From assembly GCA_944358525.1 (NCBI GenBank), contig CALVRI010000001.1, forward strand, positions 10,652-74,651: DNA of 64,000 nt. Direction: 5' to 3'. The translations under genes and the position numbers were made by a program. The DNA comes from an uncultured Bacilli bacterium. Lineage in GTDB: Bacteria > Bacillota_I > Bacilli_A > RF39 > UBA660. Below the pieces are notes generated by a model, which worked only from the letters and a program-made list of their open reading frames with translations, was not told the origin of the DNA and ran no database searches. Below, in pieces: positions 40,350 to 48,814 of this stretch; position 1 is the first letter of the stretch; every line of letters starts with the position of its first letter.

Positions 40350-41090
40350 TTAATTTAAAATTTTATCTAGTAATTCTGTGAGTACTAAAGTGGTTTTATC
40401 TTTTTGGCTTCCTTTTTCCAAAGTAATTATTTTACCATCCATTATTATTTTTGACATATTTTTAACATATGAGCTACTTGGTAAAATATAGTCGATGTTT
40501 CTATCTAAAAAACTGTTTATTTCATATAAATTCAAATGATTTCTACTCAAAGCTTCATTTAATATGACATAATAGTTTTTTAAATTCATATCTTTATATA
40601 TTGAAATCATTGTTTTCATGTTTTTTAAATCCATTAAATCACTTGTAATAACATATATAATACTATTACTATTATCGAAAGTAATTAGATTTATGTCATC
40701 GATGATATGATTGGTATCTATTAAAATTACATCATATTGGTATTTTAGTTTTTTTAATATTAAATCAATATAATAGGTACTTATTTTTCCGACACTTCTC
40801 GGATCTTTAGGAGCGGCTAAGACATCAATATAATCATTGTATTTTGTAATGTATTCATCTATTTCTTTTAAACCATGATTCATGTAATCGTTAACTAAGG
40901 TATATATATCTTTTTTTGGTTTTAGGTTTAATAAGGCAGATATGACACCGGAGTGCAAATCCATATCAACTAAAATTGTTTTTAATTTTTTATTTGATAA
41001 TATGCCGGCTAAAGATAAGGTAGTAGTGCTTTTTCCAGTTCCTCCTTTAGCTGATGTGACAGTAATTACTTTAGCTTGTTTTATGGCCAT
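40350..41090 (-). CDS. CpaE/TadZ-like ParA/MinD-family ATPase (no N-terminal receiver-like domain)
   Basis: Deviant Walker A SAKGGTGKSTTT and ParA fold; position between TadE-like genes and cpaF. Confidence 0.7.
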   Translation of the reverse strand: MAIKQAKVITVTSAKGGTGKSTTTLSLAGILSNKKLKTILVDMDLHSGVISALLNLKPKKDIYTLVNDYMNHGLKEIDEYITKYNDYIDVLAAPKDPRSVGKISTYYIDLILKKLKYQYDVILIDTNHIIDDINLITFDNSNSIIYVITSDLMDLKNMKTMISIYKDMNLKNYYVILNEALSRNHLNLYEINSFLDRNIDYILPSSSYVKNMSKIIMDGKIITLEKGSQKDKTTLVLTELLDKILN

Positions 41091-41101
41091 AACTTATCCC
41101 T

Positions 41102-41467
41102 CTATTCTTTTTGAATTATTATTTTTTCATTTTCTATATAACCATTATAAGTCAAATCAATGTCAAACTTATGGTTAAAATTGAATAAAGCATCATATTT
41201 TTCTTTGACGGTTACTTTAATTACTTTATTTTTTATTTCAACTGTTATGTCACCTTTTATATTTTCTTTTAATAAATCAGTTAAAATAATTTCTAAATTT
41301 TCATTATCTAAATGATTTAAGCCATATTCAATAGTATCTTTTATTTCAGTCTCATATTTGTTTAGGGTTATACTTAAATTTCCAATTTCCCATATCAAAG
41401 CAAATAATATAAATAATATAGGTAAAATTAATATGAATATTACTAATGTTTGACCTTTATTCCCCAT
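41102..41467 (-). CDS. TadE-like pseudopilin (121 aa)
   Basis: Short leader MGNKG|QTLVIFILILPILF then hydrophobic helix (TadE/TadG type; Ile rather than Glu at +5). Confidence 0.55.
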   Translation of the reverse strand: MGNKGQTLVIFILILPILFILFALIWEIGNLSITLNKYETEIKDTIEYGLNHLDNENLEIILTDLLKENIKGDITVEIKNKVIKVTVKEKYDALFNFNHKFDIDLTYNGYIENEKIIIQKE

Positions 41468-41813
41468 TTAATGCCTCATAATTTTCATATATTGTTTTAG
41501 TTGTTTTTATTTCGTAATTTTTACCTAGTATATTTGTTAAACCAGGGGCAGATATTTCAACATTCTTTTTTAAAGTTAAGGTTATCATACCGTTTTTTAT
41601 TTCATCTTCTAAAGTTAAATCTTCATTAGCAAGGTATACCCCTAACTTCTTGGTATCATTACTTTTATACAATTCAGTTACTGTTTCTAAATCTTTGTTT
41701 AAATCATATTTCTTTAAAAAAATATTACCAATATCAATCATTGCCATAGCAATTAATAGTAAAACTGGTAATATCAATATGAATTCCACTAAAGCTTGCC
41801 CCTTCTTATTCAT
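41457..41813 (-). CDS. TadE-like pseudopilin (start probably MNKKG|QALVEF; ORF-finder start 41834)
   Basis: GQALVEFILILPVLLL matches TadE N-terminal motif with Glu at +5; AGGAAAG RBS precedes the second ATG; a TATAAT box lies between the two ATGs. Confidence 0.6.
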   Translation of the reverse strand: MNKKGQALVEFILILPVLLLIAMAMIDIGNIFLKKYDLNKDLETVTELYKSNDTKKLGVYLANEDLTLEDEIKNGMITLTLKKNVEISAPGLTNILGKNYEIKTTKTIYENYEALNGE

Positions 41814-41839
41814 ATTATCACGCTTTCCTATCATAATAA

Positions 41840-41869
41840 ATTATATCAAAAAAAAAGAGTAATAACAAT
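41840..41869 (-). promoter_or_regulatory. candidate internal promoter for the TadE-like genes (-35 TTGTTA / 18 nt / -10 TATAAT)
   Basis: Minus-strand aTTGTTAttactctttttttttgaTATAATttattatg... immediately upstream of TadE-like CDS. Confidence 0.35.
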
Positions 41870-41978
41870 ATGGTTAAGGGAAAATAGTGTAAAATAAGGA
41901 GAAGACATTTTTAAATAAATTGAAGGTTTTCAATTTTTAATGGTGCGGTAAATCAATTTTTTTGCTATGGAAAATGCG

Positions 41979-42004
41979 GTCCACCAAGCTTTGGCTTGGT
42001 GGAC
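41979..42004 (-). terminator. perfect 11-bp hairpin GTCCACCAAGC-tttg-GCTTGGTGGAC, candidate attenuator/terminator between pilus subunit gene and TadE-like genes
   Basis: GC-rich perfect palindrome in an AT-rich spacer; on the minus strand followed by CGCAUUUUCC. Confidence 0.4.
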
Positions 42005-42120
42005 TTATTCTCTATATTTTAAGTATTATTAAATATCTTTTGTGATGTTTCTTTAGAAAAACATATCTATTATATGCACTAAACCCTACACCACCACCTT
42101 TACTATTATTTTTTGAAATG

Positions 42121-42153
42121 TATAATTTGGTATATTTCACACACCAAATTATA
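42121..42153. repeat. perfect 11-bp inverted repeat TATAATTTGGT-(11 nt)-ACCAAATTATA
   Basis: Seen directly in the intergenic region downstream of the 427-aa gene. Confidence 0.5.
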
Positions 42154-42194
42154 CACCATTATATATATTTCATTTTCCCTCGAAATTTGGGGCG

Positions 42195-42224
42195 GTCCCC
42201 GTAAGACTTCGCCTTACAGGGGAC
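42195..42224 (-). other. GC-rich RNA hairpin immediately 3' of the 427-aa subunit gene (GUCCCC-u-GUAAG / CUUAC-GGGGAC, 11 bp with one bulge)
   Basis: Local GC content far above the window average; sits 12 nt after the stop codon and has no U-tract. Confidence 0.45.
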
Positions 42225-42235
42225 ACTTCGTAGCT

Positions 42236-43510
42236 TTATCCCAATTTGAATGCATTTCCTTGACTTCCATCTCCTCCAGTGATTTTAACATTGGAGTTTA
42301 GATATAAGACTGGGCGGACGGCAGCGGAGCTAGTGACGTAAGAGCCATTTCCATTGCCATAAACAGAACCGACCAGACGGGCTGCATAGTTGGAATAACT
42401 GGCATAAGGAGATTGTAACCACTCGGTTATTCCACTATATAAATAATCACTGTTTTTACAACTACTTTTATAATCATAAAGGGCGGTTGATAAACAACTA
42501 CTTCCTGCTGCATATCCATAATCACTTGGATACATTAAACCTATATGTTGGGTTGTACTTGATGGATTTCCACTATATACTTGTGAGCTATCTCTTTCTG
42601 AATTATAGTAACCACTTGCAGTTAAGGTGTTAATATTACTAGAAGTTGATCCTCCTAAATAATAGGTTTCCTCTGATATCATTCCTTTCGATGTAGCTTC
42701 AATACTGTTATAGTATTCTCCATTTAAATATGTTTTTAATGAAGCATTATTCCAATTGTTTGAATTTGATGAATTCCATTTCATATTTCCTAGACTCTCA
42801 TTTCTGATTATTTTTATTTTACCATCTATAACACCTATTATTCTCCATAATTCATTATTAAATGTTACATAGTTATTTGGTGTTGCACCATAGTATCTGA
42901 TATCACCGTGCTCATCAGTGTATAGTTCGTTGGTGTTTGTGGATACCAATTCTGTTATTTTGTCAGTTGCTAATTCACCACTTGGTTCTGGTGGAGTAAC
43001 TCCACCACTTGGTTTTTGTACATAATTCAAGGTAAGTGAAAGTTCACCCGTTAAATTTTCTGGTTGTGAAGTTACATTTGCATAAGATATTTTAACAGTC
43101 ATAGTAGTTTTATCACCAGCTAATAAAGGATCTCCTTCATTAACACCTGATGTTTCAAATATTATTGCAGGATTATTTGAATCTGATTTAGTAATTGAGT
43201 CTAATACTGCATCAATTGTTCCTTTGTTTTCAATAGTAATTTCATATGTCATAGCATCACCTGGAGCATACAAATTAGCTTCCATAGTAGCTGTGGTTGC
43301 TGTGTAAGAAGGCGCTACAGCATTCTCACCAGTTCCAGTTGGTGTTCCTGGAGTAATACCCGTTATTTGAATATCCCAGTTTGAAGTTACAGTAGATGAT
43401 CCTGCAATTTCCAATTGTGTTGAAAAAGCGGCATAACCTATAGTCATACATATTAATATAGCAAGTAAACTACCGATTATTATTGTTCTTTTTTTTCTAT
43501 TTTTATACAT
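42236..43510 (-). CDS. large pilus-associated/surface protein (424-427 aa) with TasA/SipW-cognate-like N-terminal signal and C-terminal domain shared with the 48815..50068 prepilin-like protein
   Basis: N-terminus KKRTIIIGSLLAILICMTIGYAAFSTQLEIAGS resembles the ...G(T)xAxFS(D/T) SipW-cognate signal class; first gene of the Tad-like locus; C-terminal ~230 aa align with the 417-aa protein (NNYxxF..E.WRII ... RPVLYLNSN..TG.G). Confidence 0.5.
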   Translation of the reverse strand: MYKNRKKRTIIIGSLLAILICMTIGYAAFSTQLEIAGSSTVTSNWDIQITGITPGTPTGTGENAVAPSYTATTATMEANLYAPGDAMTYEITIENKGTIDAVLDSITKSDSNNPAIIFETSGVNEGDPLLAGDKTTMTVKISYANVTSQPENLTGELSLTLNYVQKPSGGVTPPEPSGELATDKITELVSTNTNELYTDEHGDIRYYGATPNNYVTFNNELWRIIGVIDGKIKIIRNESLGNMKWNSSNSNNWNNASLKTYLNGEYYNSIEATSKGMISEETYYLGGSTSSNINTLTASGYYNSERDSSQVYSGNPSSTTQHIGLMYPSDYGYAAGSSCLSTALYDYKSSCKNSDYLYSGITEWLQSPYASYSNYAARLVGSVYGNGNGSYVTSSAAVRPVLYLNSNVKITGGDGSQGNAFKLG

Positions 43511-43609
43511 ATATCTCACCCTATTTTAATTATAAGGATTTTTTATTTTATAAACAACGTATTTGTAAGTAAGTGTCAAAATATTTTGTCAATAAATGTA
43601 AAAAAATGC

Positions 43610-46141
43610 TTATTTGTTAGCATTTTGTTTCAATTTATATAAGATATTTAGAGCTTCCATTGGGGTTATCTCTAATGGATCAATTTTTTCTAATTCTTCT
43701 AGTGTCTTGGATTTTTTAGGCATTAATTCATCAATTGGCAAAGCTTCTTGAATTTTAACATCTCTTTTATTTTCTTTATTTTCATAAACTTTTAAAATTT
43801 CAGAGGCTCTTTTGATAACAGAATCTGGTAAATTAGCTAGTTTAGCAACGTGAATACCATAACTTTTATCGACACTACCCTCTTTAATTTTATGTAAGAA
43901 GGTTATTTTTCCATCTTCTTCGTAAGCTGAAACATGAATGTTTTTTAAATGTTTTAGGGTTTTATCTAAATCAGTTAATTCGTGGTAGTGAGTTGAAAAG
44001 AAAGTTTTACCTTTGATATTTTGGTGAATATATTCAATAATACCTTGGGCTAGAGCCATTCCATCAAAGGTGGCAGTACCTCTTCCTAATTCATCAAATA
44101 GAAGTAAACTTTTGTCGGTGGCCTCAGTTATAGCATGAGCAGCTTCGGTCATTTCAACCATAAATGTTGATTCACCACTTACTAGGTCATCAGAAGCACC
44201 AATTCTTGTATAAATTGCATCAAAGATTGGAAGTTTAGCAACTGTTGCTGGTACAAACGAACCAATTTGAGCCATGATTGCTATAATAGCCATTTGTCTC
44301 ATGTATGTCGATTTTCCTGCCATATTTGGTCCGGTTATTAATAGAATATTTGTGTTTTTATCCATGATAATATCATTAGTGACAAATTCACTATTAATAA
44401 CTTTTTCAACAACTGGATGGCGAGATTCTTTAATATATATTTCGTTTTCTGTTATTTCTGGTCTTACATAATTATTAGTTTCAGCAATGGTTGCGAAAGA
44501 TTGTAAGACATCTATTTCGCTAATTATTTTAGCTGTTTTTTGAAGCTTTGGAATATAGGTTTTAACTTCATCTCTAATGTTACAAAATAAGTTATATTCT
44601 AATTCGATAATTTTTTCTTCAGCATTTAATATTAATGCTTCTTTTTCCTTTAATATTGGGCTTATATATCTTTCACAATTGGCTAGAGTTTGCTTTCTTT
44701 GATATCCCCATTCATCTTTAACTAAGTTAGTATTTCCTTTACTGATTTCGATATAATAACCAAATACTCTATTATAACCAACTTTTAGATTTTTAATACC
44801 TGTCTTTTCTCTTTCATCATGTTCAAATTTAGCGACAAAGTCTTTACCACCTTTTCTTAAATTCTTAAGTTCATCTAGTTCTTCATTATATCCTTCTTTA
44901 ATTAAATATCCTTCTTTGGTAGTTATAGGTGGGTTTTCATAAATACTTTTTTCTAATAAGTTATATAAATCAGAAAAATCGGTTAGTTTTTTATGATAGT
45001 TTATTTTTTTTAATATTTCAGATATTTGAGGTAAGACTTTTAGTGATGATTTTAACTGAAGTAAATCTTTACCGTTAGCATTTCCAAAGGCTATTTTTCC
45101 ACTTAATCTTTCTAGGTCATAAACTTCAGTTAAATATTTTTCTAAATCACTTTTATAAATAAATTCTTTAAGCAAAGTATCTACAACATTATATCTTTTT
45201 TCTATTTCATTTTTATCTACTAAAGGATTTAATAAATAATTTTTTAAAAGTCTAGCTCCCATAGCTGTTTTTGTTTTATCTAAAAGCCAAATTAAGGAAT
45301 AGTTTCTTTGTTTTAATCTTAATGTTTCAATTAGCTCAAGATTTCTTTTAGTATGAACATCCATTTTCATGTGATCTTTTGTTTCTCTTATTTGTATTTT
45401 TTGGAGATGTGATAAGTCTCTTTTTTGGTTATGAATAATATAAGCAAGTAAATGTTTTACTGAGTGAATATATCTTTGATCAATAATATCCTCATAAATG
45501 TATGGGTATTCACCTGATAATTCATCGGTTATAGTGAGTGTTAAATGGAATTGATTTTTTAAAATAGAATATATGTCTTTATCGGTTTTACTATCTAATA
45601 TAACTTCTTTAACTCCTAAGTTAATTATTTCTGAAACAACTTTAGTAGGATTGTGTTCTAATAGAAAAGAGTATATTTCACCGGTTGATACATCAGCATA
45701 ACTGATAGCATACCCGTGTTTAAAATCAGTAATAGATGCAATAAAGTTAAAATCTTCGGCTTTTAAGGTATCTGTATCCATGATTGTTCCCGAACTTATA
45801 ATTTGAATAATACCTCGTTTAACAATTCCTTTGGCATTTTTTGGATCTTCTAGTTGCTCGACAATACCTATTTTATGACCGTTTTCTATTAGTTTATCAA
45901 TGTAAGTACTGGCAGCATGATAAGGAATTCCACACATTGGAATTCTCTCTTCTAACCCCGCTGATTTTCCGGTTAAAGTAAGCTCTAGTTCATGAGATAC
46001 TTTGATGGCATCATCAAAAAACATTTCGTAAAAATCACCCAATCTAAAAAATATGATTAGGTCTTCATTTTCATTTTTAATTTCTAAGTACTGCCTCATC
46101 ATTGGAGTTACTTTTTCTATATCAACATCTTTTCTTTCCAC
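43610..46141 (-). CDS. mutS: DNA mismatch repair protein MutS
   Basis: 843 aa; N-terminal TPMMRQYLEIK mismatch-binding domain, Walker A GPNMAGKST, C-terminal HTH-like dimerisation region. Confidence 0.93.
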   Translation of the reverse strand: MERKDVDIEKVTPMMRQYLEIKNENEDLIIFFRLGDFYEMFFDDAIKVSHELELTLTGKSAGLEERIPMCGIPYHAASTYIDKLIENGHKIGIVEQLEDPKNAKGIVKRGIIQIISSGTIMDTDTLKAEDFNFIASITDFKHGYAISYADVSTGEIYSFLLEHNPTKVVSEIINLGVKEVILDSKTDKDIYSILKNQFHLTLTITDELSGEYPYIYEDIIDQRYIHSVKHLLAYIIHNQKRDLSHLQKIQIRETKDHMKMDVHTKRNLELIETLRLKQRNYSLIWLLDKTKTAMGARLLKNYLLNPLVDKNEIEKRYNVVDTLLKEFIYKSDLEKYLTEVYDLERLSGKIAFGNANGKDLLQLKSSLKVLPQISEILKKINYHKKLTDFSDLYNLLEKSIYENPPITTKEGYLIKEGYNEELDELKNLRKGGKDFVAKFEHDEREKTGIKNLKVGYNRVFGYYIEISKGNTNLVKDEWGYQRKQTLANCERYISPILKEKEALILNAEEKIIELEYNLFCNIRDEVKTYIPKLQKTAKIISEIDVLQSFATIAETNNYVRPEITENEIYIKESRHPVVEKVINSEFVTNDIIMDKNTNILLITGPNMAGKSTYMRQMAIIAIMAQIGSFVPATVAKLPIFDAIYTRIGASDDLVSGESTFMVEMTEAAHAITEATDKSLLLFDELGRGTATFDGMALAQGIIEYIHQNIKGKTFFSTHYHELTDLDKTLKHLKNIHVSAYEEDGKITFLHKIKEGSVDKSYGIHVAKLANLPDSVIKRASEILKVYENKENKRDVKIQEALPIDELMPKKSKTLEELEKIDPLEITPMEALNILYKLKQNANK

Positions 46142-46333
46142 TTATAATCACTCCCATTTTTTGGTATATTATAACATTTCATTTTTTTATTTTCAAGAAA
46201 GTAGCGAGATTTCAAAAAAACTTTCAAAAAAATTTGAAAGCTTTATTTTAATGCTTCAATTTCGGAAATTGAAAGTTCTTTAGCATTTGAAATGATATCT
46301 ATCAGCTTTGAAAAATTATTAATTTTTTAATGT

Positions 46334-47344
46334 TTACTGATTTTCTAAATATTTTAAAGCATCTTCAAAAGTTTCAATAGGAACTAAATCAATATCATAA
46401 CCTCTTTCTTTTTTTATCTTTTTCGCATCTTCATAGTTTTCACCAACAGGAACTAAAAACACATCGGCATGTTTATTAACGGCTCCAATTAATTTATATT
46501 TAATACCACTAATCTCACCAACATTTCCATTTATATCGATAGTTCCAGTTCCAACTATTGTCTTTCCATCAGTTAAGTCAATTTCATTTAAATGGCTATA
46601 AATTGTAAGGGCAAGCATGAGGCCTCCTGATGAGCCGGATTCTCTATCTTGGAAGTTGAATTTTACTTCTTTGTTTGATTTAACATCAAAGGTTTCGGTT
46701 ATTATAGCTCCTACTTTAGGTTCACCATTAACATCTATTAAGGTAGCTTTTCTAATTTTATTATTTCCATCAATATCTTTAACTTTAATAGTTACTTTAT
46801 CATTAATTTCTTTAGAGGCAATATAAGCTAGTAATGTTTGTTTATCTGAAATTTCTTGGTTATCGACTTTTATAATTTGATCACCGATTTTTAAATCAGT
46901 TTTGGCCAATTCATCGATGTAAGTTATGTATACTTTATTATTTTTTATTTCATAGTTAATGTCCGAGTGTTTATAAGCCACTAACAAAGCTGTATCATTA
47001 CCCTCTTCTAGAAGCATTTTATTTCGGTAGTTTTTTTCTTCTATTGTTTCATTATCGTTTTTTACCTCTTCTTCTTTTTCTACATCCCAATCTTTATTAA
47101 ATAGTGAAACAACTAAAGTCGGTATTGTCGCATGAATTTCTGATACATATGCCATATTTAGTGTGCCGGACATTTTAAAATTTTCTTTTGTTTCAACTTT
47201 ATCATCGGTATCGATTAGGCCCCCTGGAGCAGATATATAATATGGAAATTCTACTAAGAAGATAGCTAGAATTAAAATGTAGATAATAGTGACTTTATAG
47301 TATTCTTTTACATACTTTTTAATATTATTAAATAGGTTTTTCAT
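46334..47344 (-). CDS. Lon-like S16 peptidase with PDZ domain (YlbL-like)
   Basis: N-terminal TM, PDZ (LKIGDQIIKVDNQEI) and Lon_C proteolytic domain with catalytic Ser in SGGLMLAL and Lys in KYKLIGA. Confidence 0.75.
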   Translation of the reverse strand: MKNLFNNIKKYVKEYYKVTIIYILILAIFLVEFPYYISAPGGLIDTDDKVETKENFKMSGTLNMAYVSEIHATIPTLVVSLFNKDWDVEKEEEVKNDNETIEEKNYRNKMLLEEGNDTALLVAYKHSDINYEIKNNKVYITYIDELAKTDLKIGDQIIKVDNQEISDKQTLLAYIASKEINDKVTIKVKDIDGNNKIRKATLIDVNGEPKVGAIITETFDVKSNKEVKFNFQDRESGSSGGLMLALTIYSHLNEIDLTDGKTIVGTGTIDINGNVGEISGIKYKLIGAVNKHADVFLVPVGENYEDAKKIKKERGYDIDLVPIETFEDALKYLENQ

Positions 47345-47372
47345 GTTGAACTCCTTTCTTTAATAGATTTAT

Positions 47373-48365
47373 TTGATAACAGGTGAAATTATGAGGAAAA
47401 TGACTAGTGTTTTTATTATGATTATCTTATTATTTATCGGCTATGAAATTTTAACCGAATCTGAAAGTATTTTAAATTCAGTTGACTTTTCACTCAATAT
47501 TTTTAAAAACAATATTTTTCCTTCTTTATTTCCATTTTTCGTGCTATCAAATATTTTGATTAAATGTGGACTTCCTGAATTTATGGGAAATTTATTCAAA
47601 GGTGTTATGAATAAAGTTTTTAAAATTAAGGGAGTATGTGCTTTTATCTTTTTCATGAGTATTATATCAGGAAATCCGGCGAATGCAAAATACACGAGAG
47701 AACTTTACAAGGATGGTAAAATTAATAAATACGAGGCAACAAAAATTTTATGTTTTACCTGTTTTTCTAATCCTTTGTTTATTTTAGGAACTGTTTCAAT
47801 ACTTTTTTTAAATAATAAAGAGGCAGGATTACTTATTTTAATCTGTCATTATTTAGGCAATTTATTTATAGGTTTGGGTATGAGAAATTATCATCCAAGT
47901 AAAAAGGAAAATGATAAAAGTAGTTTAAAGAGGGCGATAGATGAGTTGCATAAAAAAAGAATTAGTAATACTGGCAGTTTTGGTGAGGTAATTACTAATT
48001 CTTTGATTAGTAGTATTAATACATTACTTTTAATATTGGGAGTTATTACGACATGTTTGGTGCTTACAACTATTATCGATAATAATCTAAATTTAGACAG
48101 TGTTTTAGGTAGTGTCTTAAATGGTTTTATCGAAATGACTCAGGGACTAAAATATATAAGCTTAGAAGCTATTCCTTTAAAATTAAAATGTGTTTTGACA
48201 GTTATGATTTTATCCTTTGGTGGTCTTTCTGTACATATGCAGATTATGAGTATACTGAGTGATACAGATATTAAATATTTACCATTTTTATGTGCAAGAA
48301 TATGTCATGCAGTATTATCTTCTTTACTTATATATGTTTTATTTGATTTTTGGATTAGTTTATGA
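47373..48365 (+). CDS. YlbJ-like integral membrane protein (nucleoside-recognition/Gate domain family)
   Basis: Multi-TM protein adjacent and divergent to ylbL-like gene, as in the Bacillus ylbJ-ylbL neighbourhood; true start may be the downstream ATG (MRKMTS...). Confidence 0.55.
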   Translation: MITGEIMRKMTSVFIMIILLFIGYEILTESESILNSVDFSLNIFKNNIFPSLFPFFVLSNILIKCGLPEFMGNLFKGVMNKVFKIKGVCAFIFFMSIISGNPANAKYTRELYKDGKINKYEATKILCFTCFSNPLFILGTVSILFLNNKEAGLLILICHYLGNLFIGLGMRNYHPSKKENDKSSLKRAIDELHKKRISNTGSFGEVITNSLISSINTLLLILGVITTCLVLTTIIDNNLNLDSVLGSVLNGFIEMTQGLKYISLEAIPLKLKCVLTVMILSFGGLSVHMQIMSILSDTDIKYLPFLCARICHAVLSSLLIYVLFDFWISL

Positions 48366-48803
48366 AGAATAATAATATGTTACATCAAAGTTGTATTCTT
48401 TTCTTAAATTGCCACTATCTAAAGTCATTTGAACATAAAGATAACAGTTAGTACCATCACACGTATTATTTAAAGCATAACTTTTAATGCTTACAGTATC
48501 TGGCATATTAAAATGCTGTCCACCGATTGTTACTCTATTATTACTTTGATTTATTTGCAATGTTTTGCCATTTATATTACAGGTAGAACCTGAACAAGAA
48601 ACTGAACTACCTACTGGAGTAAGAGAGTTTTCAATGTTCTTAGAGATTATACTGGCTTGTTGTTGGATAGATGTTTTAACACTTGTGTCGGCAAATGTGT
48701 CTTTGACTTCGATTAAAACTTCAAATAAGAATACAGTAATAACCATGGTTAGTGCAAAAGATGCAATTAATTCAATAACTGTAAATCCTTTGTTATTTTT
48801 CAT
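48360..48803 (-). CDS. type IV pilin-like protein (147 aa) with prepilin N-terminal cleavage/methylation motif
   Basis: MKNNKG|FTVIELIASFALTMV: Gly-Phe cleavage site, Glu at +5, hydrophobic helix; Cys pair near the C-terminus. Confidence 0.75.
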   Translation of the reverse strand: MKNNKGFTVIELIASFALTMVITVFLFEVLIEVKDTFADTSVKTSIQQQASIISKNIENSLTPVGSSVSCSGSTCNINGKTLQINQSNNRVTIGGQHFNMPDTVSIKSYALNNTCDGTNCYLYVQMTLDSGNLRKEYNFDVTYYYSS

Positions 48804-48814
48804 TTTGTACCTCC

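Noticed and set aside
41835-42235. Possible c-di-GMP riboswitch or hidden Flp pilin gene in the spacer upstream of the TadE-like genes
   Set aside because: Reading the minus-strand RNA, I could not match GEMM-I/II conserved cores, and the only small ORFs are 5-17 codons without a G/xxxxEY prepilin motif. This is kept only as a structured-spacer finding and needs a covariance-model scan to settle.
42113-42301. Plus-strand 62-aa ORF spanning the structured spacer and the GC-rich hairpin
   Set aside because: There is no RBS and the composition is driven by the hairpin sequences. The region is better explained as non-coding RNA structure on the minus strand.
47345-47372. Very short (28-nt) divergent spacer between ylbL-like and ylbJ-like genes suggesting overlapping promoters
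   Set aside because: The ylbJ-like ORF most likely starts at a downstream ATG (MRKMTS…) with an AGGTGA RBS. That enlarges the spacer to a normal size, so no special architecture needs to be invoked.
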